A DNA stretch of 55,636 nucleotides from Elusimicrobiota bacterium (lineage in GTDB: Bacteria > Elusimicrobiota > Elusimicrobia > UBA1565), in contig JBDRPD010000008.1 of NCBI GenBank assembly GCA_043827405.1, positions 1 through 55,636 of the forward strand, in the 5' to 3' direction. How positions within the stretch are numbered: position 1 is the stretch's first letter; every line of letters begins with the position of its first letter. Position numbers and translations under genes: made by a program. Below the pieces are notes generated by a model. It made no database searches and had not been told where the DNA came from. It worked only from the letters and a program-made list of their open reading frames with translations. This document shows positions 52,231-55,636 of this stretch, piece after piece.

Positions 52231-54665
52231 GAGACCTCCGCCAGCTTCAACAATATCTGCGCCGCAGATAGGTCAGGATGCATCTCCCTCAAACCGTCCT
52301 CCTTGATCCGGTCCTCGGCGTTGGTGGTGCATATCCAGTACTCGAACGGGCTCGGCTCGAGCCGCGCCACGACCGAACTGCTGCCGAATTTAAGCAGCAC
52401 ATCGGAGAACTCGCCCGGCTTGGACTGGAGATGCTTCACCGCCTCCACTTCGTTGGAGTTGAGCTCGAACTGCGGCAAAAGCTCATAGCCCTTGCTGAGC
52501 TTGAGCACGAATTTGACGTAGGAATTGCTGATGATGGCGTTGGCCGCCTTGGTATCCAGAAAATCCTTGGGCGACTGCGATATGGAGTAGACCGCGCCGT
52601 TGAACTTACGGGCGGTGCGATAGAGGTTCTCGATCAGCTCGGCCCCGACCGCATCGTTGAAGAACTTCCAGCCCTCGTCAATGGCGATGATCTTCTTGAG
52701 GCTCCGGTCCTGGAGTTTGCCCCAGATAAGCGACCGGATGACGAAGAAATAGACGCTCTGGAGATCCGGGTGATTTTCTAGGTTTTGCAGGTCGAAGACC
52801 ACCACACGGTTCGCCACATCCAGCGCTCCTGACCGGTTGAATAGCTTGCCGTACATCCCCGTGGTCCAGAGTTCGAGCGCCTCGACGTAGCGCCGCGCTC
52901 CGGGATGTTGTTTTGCGAGCTTCTCAAGCTCTTCCCGGACGTCTCCCAAGACGATCTCCTCTTTCTTGGCATAGGCCCCCTTGATGGCTTTCTCCAGGAA
53001 CACCTTGTCCGCTACCGTAACCGCCTCTCCGGGCTCAAGACACATGCGCGACATGAGAAGCGACAAGTAGGCGACCGCGTCGCCGTCGAACTCACCGCGC
53101 GCGGTTATCCGGCCGCGGACCGGGAAGGGATTGAAACCGAAACGCTCGGAGAGCTCCACCTCCAAATACTCACCCTTGACCACATCAGCCAGCTTTCTAT
53201 AGGAACCGCCCACATCGATCAGAACGACTTGGTTCTTTACGTCCTGAGCCAGGAAATTAGAAAGCAGGTAATTCGTGGCAAAACTCTTGCCCGAGCCCGT
53301 GGTCCCCAGAATAAGACCATGCTTGGCGGCTAAGGCCGGGTCGAAGGGGTCGATCCCTAAGATCTCGCCCATCGGGGTTTCAAGGAGGAGCTTCTTCTTG
53401 CGGCTGCCCCGCCACGAACCAGCCACAGGCAGAAACGCCGCGAGCGCCTTGGTCTGGACATAGTATTTACGGTCGGCAAGTTCGCCGTGGCCGGGCATGG
53501 CCGTAAGATAGGTCCTGAAATGGCTCATATCATCGGAGGCGGCCTCGGCTGAGCCAAAATCGCGAAATGCATTCAGGACCGGCGTAGTCTTGGCCCGGAG
53601 CTCGTCCAAGCTCGCTGCGCGCAGGAGCACTGAGAAAGAGAACCGGAACAGCCTCTGCGCCGAACCGCGCATCTCGGTTATTAGCTCGTCGAGCTCGAGA
53701 TGCTTCTGCTCGGCCTCGTAGTTCTTGGTCCAGGTCGAGAACGCCAAAGTCCGCGTGATGTTGTTGCTGAGCTTCAGCCTGGATATCGCCGCCTCGGTGT
53801 CCAGCGTGTCTATGGTCAGAACCAGGTCGCAGTCCGGCCATAGGGAGCTCAGCAGGCCATGGGTATATCCCGGATGAGCCCGTTCCGGAAGACGCACGAG
53901 ACTGACGCCCCGGAAGTATGTGTCGTTTACTAGGATATGGTCGAACTCCTCGCGCAAAGGGTGCATAACGGCCTGCTCGCGCAAAGTACGAAGCGGTGAG
54001 ACAGTCTCCGGGGTCAACGCGCCGGGGTGCGCTGGATTTAGGTGCCGAAAGACGAGATCCAGAGTTTCTTCCGGGGAGAGCTTTCGCAGGCTCATGCCGA
54101 GATTCTGGAAGCGCTCGGACACGATCCGCTCCAAGGCCTCGTGCTCACGCAGGCGATCCTCATGAAATCCCCGCGTTACCTCGCGCCAAGGTTTCCTAAA
54201 CGCGGGCAGCAGGGGTGCGACCGGTACTTTTCGTCCCTTGGGACGGCTCGTGATATAGAGGTAGTAGCGCCTTCGCTGCGTGAATTTCGAGTCGATGAAC
54301 TCGCACTTCTTGTCCGTCAGGAGTCTTGAGAGCTCATTCTGACCGCCGCTCTTCATCTCGCGCCGGAACTCATCCAGTGCGTCAGGATCGCCGGACCTGA
54401 TACGGACCACGAACTGCAGCGTGCAATCAGCGGGAAGGGCGTTTAGCAATGTCTGCGAGCAGCTGACGAATTTATCCATGGCGTCGGTGTCCATGAGGAA
54501 CAAGCTTGCAGGCTCAAGCTCATGGACCGAGGTGAAGTCTAAATTGACCCCGACCAACACCCCGTCGCACATGCTCCAGAGGTTCAGGAACTGCGCCAAG
54601 GGCGAAGTCTTGGGTCCGTGTGCCATATCCCTGACCTTGGTCAGGCCCATCTCGATCCGGTTCAT
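52227..54665 (-). CDS. VirB4-family conjugation ATPase
   Basis: Walker A GTTGSGKS, Walker B IAIDEGW, RTARKFNG..SISQ; ATGA overlap with virB3-like gene. Confidence 0.95.
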   Translation of the reverse strand: MNRIEMGLTKVRDMAHGPKTSPLAQFLNLWSMCDGVLVGVNLDFTSVHELEPASLFLMDTDAMDKFVSCSQTLLNALPADCTLQFVVRIRSGDPDALDEFRREMKSGGQNELSRLLTDKKCEFIDSKFTQRRRYYLYITSRPKGRKVPVAPLLPAFRKPWREVTRGFHEDRLREHEALERIVSERFQNLGMSLRKLSPEETLDLVFRHLNPAHPGALTPETVSPLRTLREQAVMHPLREEFDHILVNDTYFRGVSLVRLPERAHPGYTHGLLSSLWPDCDLVLTIDTLDTEAAISRLKLSNNITRTLAFSTWTKNYEAEQKHLELDELITEMRGSAQRLFRFSFSVLLRAASLDELRAKTTPVLNAFRDFGSAEAASDDMSHFRTYLTAMPGHGELADRKYYVQTKALAAFLPVAGSWRGSRKKKLLLETPMGEILGIDPFDPALAAKHGLILGTTGSGKSFATNYLLSNFLAQDVKNQVVLIDVGGSYRKLADVVKGEYLEVELSERFGFNPFPVRGRITARGEFDGDAVAYLSLLMSRMCLEPGEAVTVADKVFLEKAIKGAYAKKEEIVLGDVREELEKLAKQHPGARRYVEALELWTTGMYGKLFNRSGALDVANRVVVFDLQNLENHPDLQSVYFFVIRSLIWGKLQDRSLKKIIAIDEGWKFFNDAVGAELIENLYRTARKFNGAVYSISQSPKDFLDTKAANAIISNSYVKFVLKLSKGYELLPQFELNSNEVEAVKHLQSKPGEFSDVLLKFGSSSVVARLEPSPFEYWICTTNAEDRIKEDGLREMHPDLSAAQILLKLAEVS

Positions 54666-54958
54666 AGGCGAGGATAGCCCTCTAAAACGTCGCATTCCGT
54701 CGTGCCCCTAACCCTCTTAAAACGGCTCATCAGCACGTAGCGGGTAAGACAGAGCAGGTACCCATCGGGCTTGCCGCGCTTGAGCGCCCTTAATCCCAGG
54801 TAGGCGCCGATGAGAAACAGGAAGTTAAGGAACAAGCCCTCCTTGTTCAACATGAAGGCGCCGAAGAATATGAGGAGCAGGATGCGGCCGTCCACGAGTT
54901 CCAGACCCATAAACTTGTTTTTGGCGTTGATATTGCGGTAGACGCGGAGCGTGTTCAT
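54662..54958 (-). CDS. VirB3-like membrane protein
   Basis: VYRNINAKNKFMGLE, two TMs, KRGKPDGYL; directly before virB4. Confidence 0.75.
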   Translation of the reverse strand: MNTLRVYRNINAKNKFMGLELVDGRILLLIFFGAFMLNKEGLFLNFLFLIGAYLGLRALKRGKPDGYLLCLTRYVLMSRFKRVRGTTECDVLEGYPRL

Positions 54959-54965
54959 GCTCTCC

Positions 54966-55145
54966 TCAATTCAGGTAAGGATCGAACCATGGGTCCCGGG
55001 ACCTGATGTAGACGCCGTTCATAAACAGCGGGAGCATGATCAAAGAGGCATCACGCTCCAGCCTGAAGGCATCTGCCGTTCGCCCGCCCTTCAGCGCGAT
55101 TTCTTGCCGGCACGCTTCCTTTTCTGCCCGTTTTCTTTCCCTCAT
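54966..55145 (-). CDS. Small hypothetical protein, 59 aa
   Basis: Manual translation MRERKRAEKEACRQEIALKGGRTADAFRLERDASLIMLPLFMNGVYIRSGDPWFDPYLN; GAGGA upstream; ends 7 nt before virB3-like ATG. Confidence 0.5.
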   Translation of the reverse strand: MRERKRAEKEACRQEIALKGGRTADAFRLERDASLIMLPLFMNGVYIRSRDPWFDPYLN

Positions 55146-55230
55146 CTGTCCTCGTGTAAGGTTTTCTCAAATCGGCGCTCCGGCGTAGCCGGAGCGCACT
55201 CTCCCGGATCTGGCCCGGGCGCCCGCCGGC

Positions 55231-55611
55231 TCAGGCTGAAGCTTCGTCCACCCGCGGCTTGGGCGTAATGGTTTCCAGCAGGTCGGCCGTCACCTTCCAG
55301 CGTTCGCGTCCGTCGTCGCCCCGCCACGTGCCGAGCCGGCCCTCCACCCGGACGATGCTTCCCTTGCCCAGCATTCCGCAGGCCTCGGCGATCGGGGTCC
55401 ACGCGACCACCGGCACGTAGGTCGTCTCGGCGTTCTTCTCGCCTCTCCGGGCATTGAACGACCGCGGCACGGCCAGCGTGAAGAACGCCCGCATGCCGCC
55501 GTCCGACACCTGCCGCATCTGGGCTTCCCTCACGAACCGCCCCTTGATGCAGGCCCGGTTCTCGGCCTCGATCACGCCGCTCCCGTTCGATCCGGGAACG
55601 CCGGGCTTCAC
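55231..55611 (-). CDS. ssb: Single-stranded DNA-binding protein
   Basis: NRACIKGRF, FTLAVPR, VPVVAW...AEAC..LGKGSIVRVEGRL; no acidic PF tail. Confidence 0.88.
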   Translation of the reverse strand: MKPGVPGSNGSGVIEAENRACIKGRFVREAQMRQVSDGGMRAFFTLAVPRSFNARRGEKNAETTYVPVVAWTPIAEACGMLGKGSIVRVEGRLGTWRGDDGRERWKVTADLLETITPKPRVDEASA

Positions 55612-55636
55612 GGCTACGTCTCCTTTTCCGTTATCC

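Larger units (their letters stand above)
46442..55636 (-). mobile_element. Integrative conjugative element (ICE), one end; continues past the window
   Basis: tRNA-adjacent integrase + xis + VirB3/4/5/6/8/10-like genes + ssb, all co-oriented. Confidence 0.85.

Overview
GC-rich bacterial chromosome segment; gene content is consistent with Elusimicrobiota or a related diderm lineage, but that is inference only. Left to right: (1) a Wzx/Wzy-type polysaccharide export cluster on the minus strand (partial Wzc, short OPX/Wza, outer-membrane beta-barrel, FecR-like secreted protein); (2) the core translation region rpsB-tsf-pyrH-frr-uppS-cdsA-rseP, then proS-rimP-nusA-infB-rbfA-truB-ribF, with dxr and ispG absent from their usual slots; (3) a small AT-rich islet with an orphan HipB-like gene bounded by an 18-bp direct repeat, then rlmH and a CoA-transferase/receiver/SRPBCC operon; (4) a reductive pyrimidine catabolism operon interrupted by two apparently paralogous secreted proteins; (5) an 11-subunit complex I operon (no nuoEFG) headed by a MidA/NDUFAF7 methyltransferase; (6) a 59-aa bacterial histone-fold gene missed by the ORF track, just downstream of a tRNA(CAT); (7) the end of an integrative conjugative element (tyrosine integrase reading into the tRNA, xis, VirB-type T4SS genes, ssb) that continues beyond the window. 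Non-coding highlights: two copies of a 26-bp inverted-repeat REPIN-like element with unrelated spacers, a perfect 40-bp palindrome, and a bidirectional leaderless promoter. All calls come from reading motifs by eye; no searches were run.
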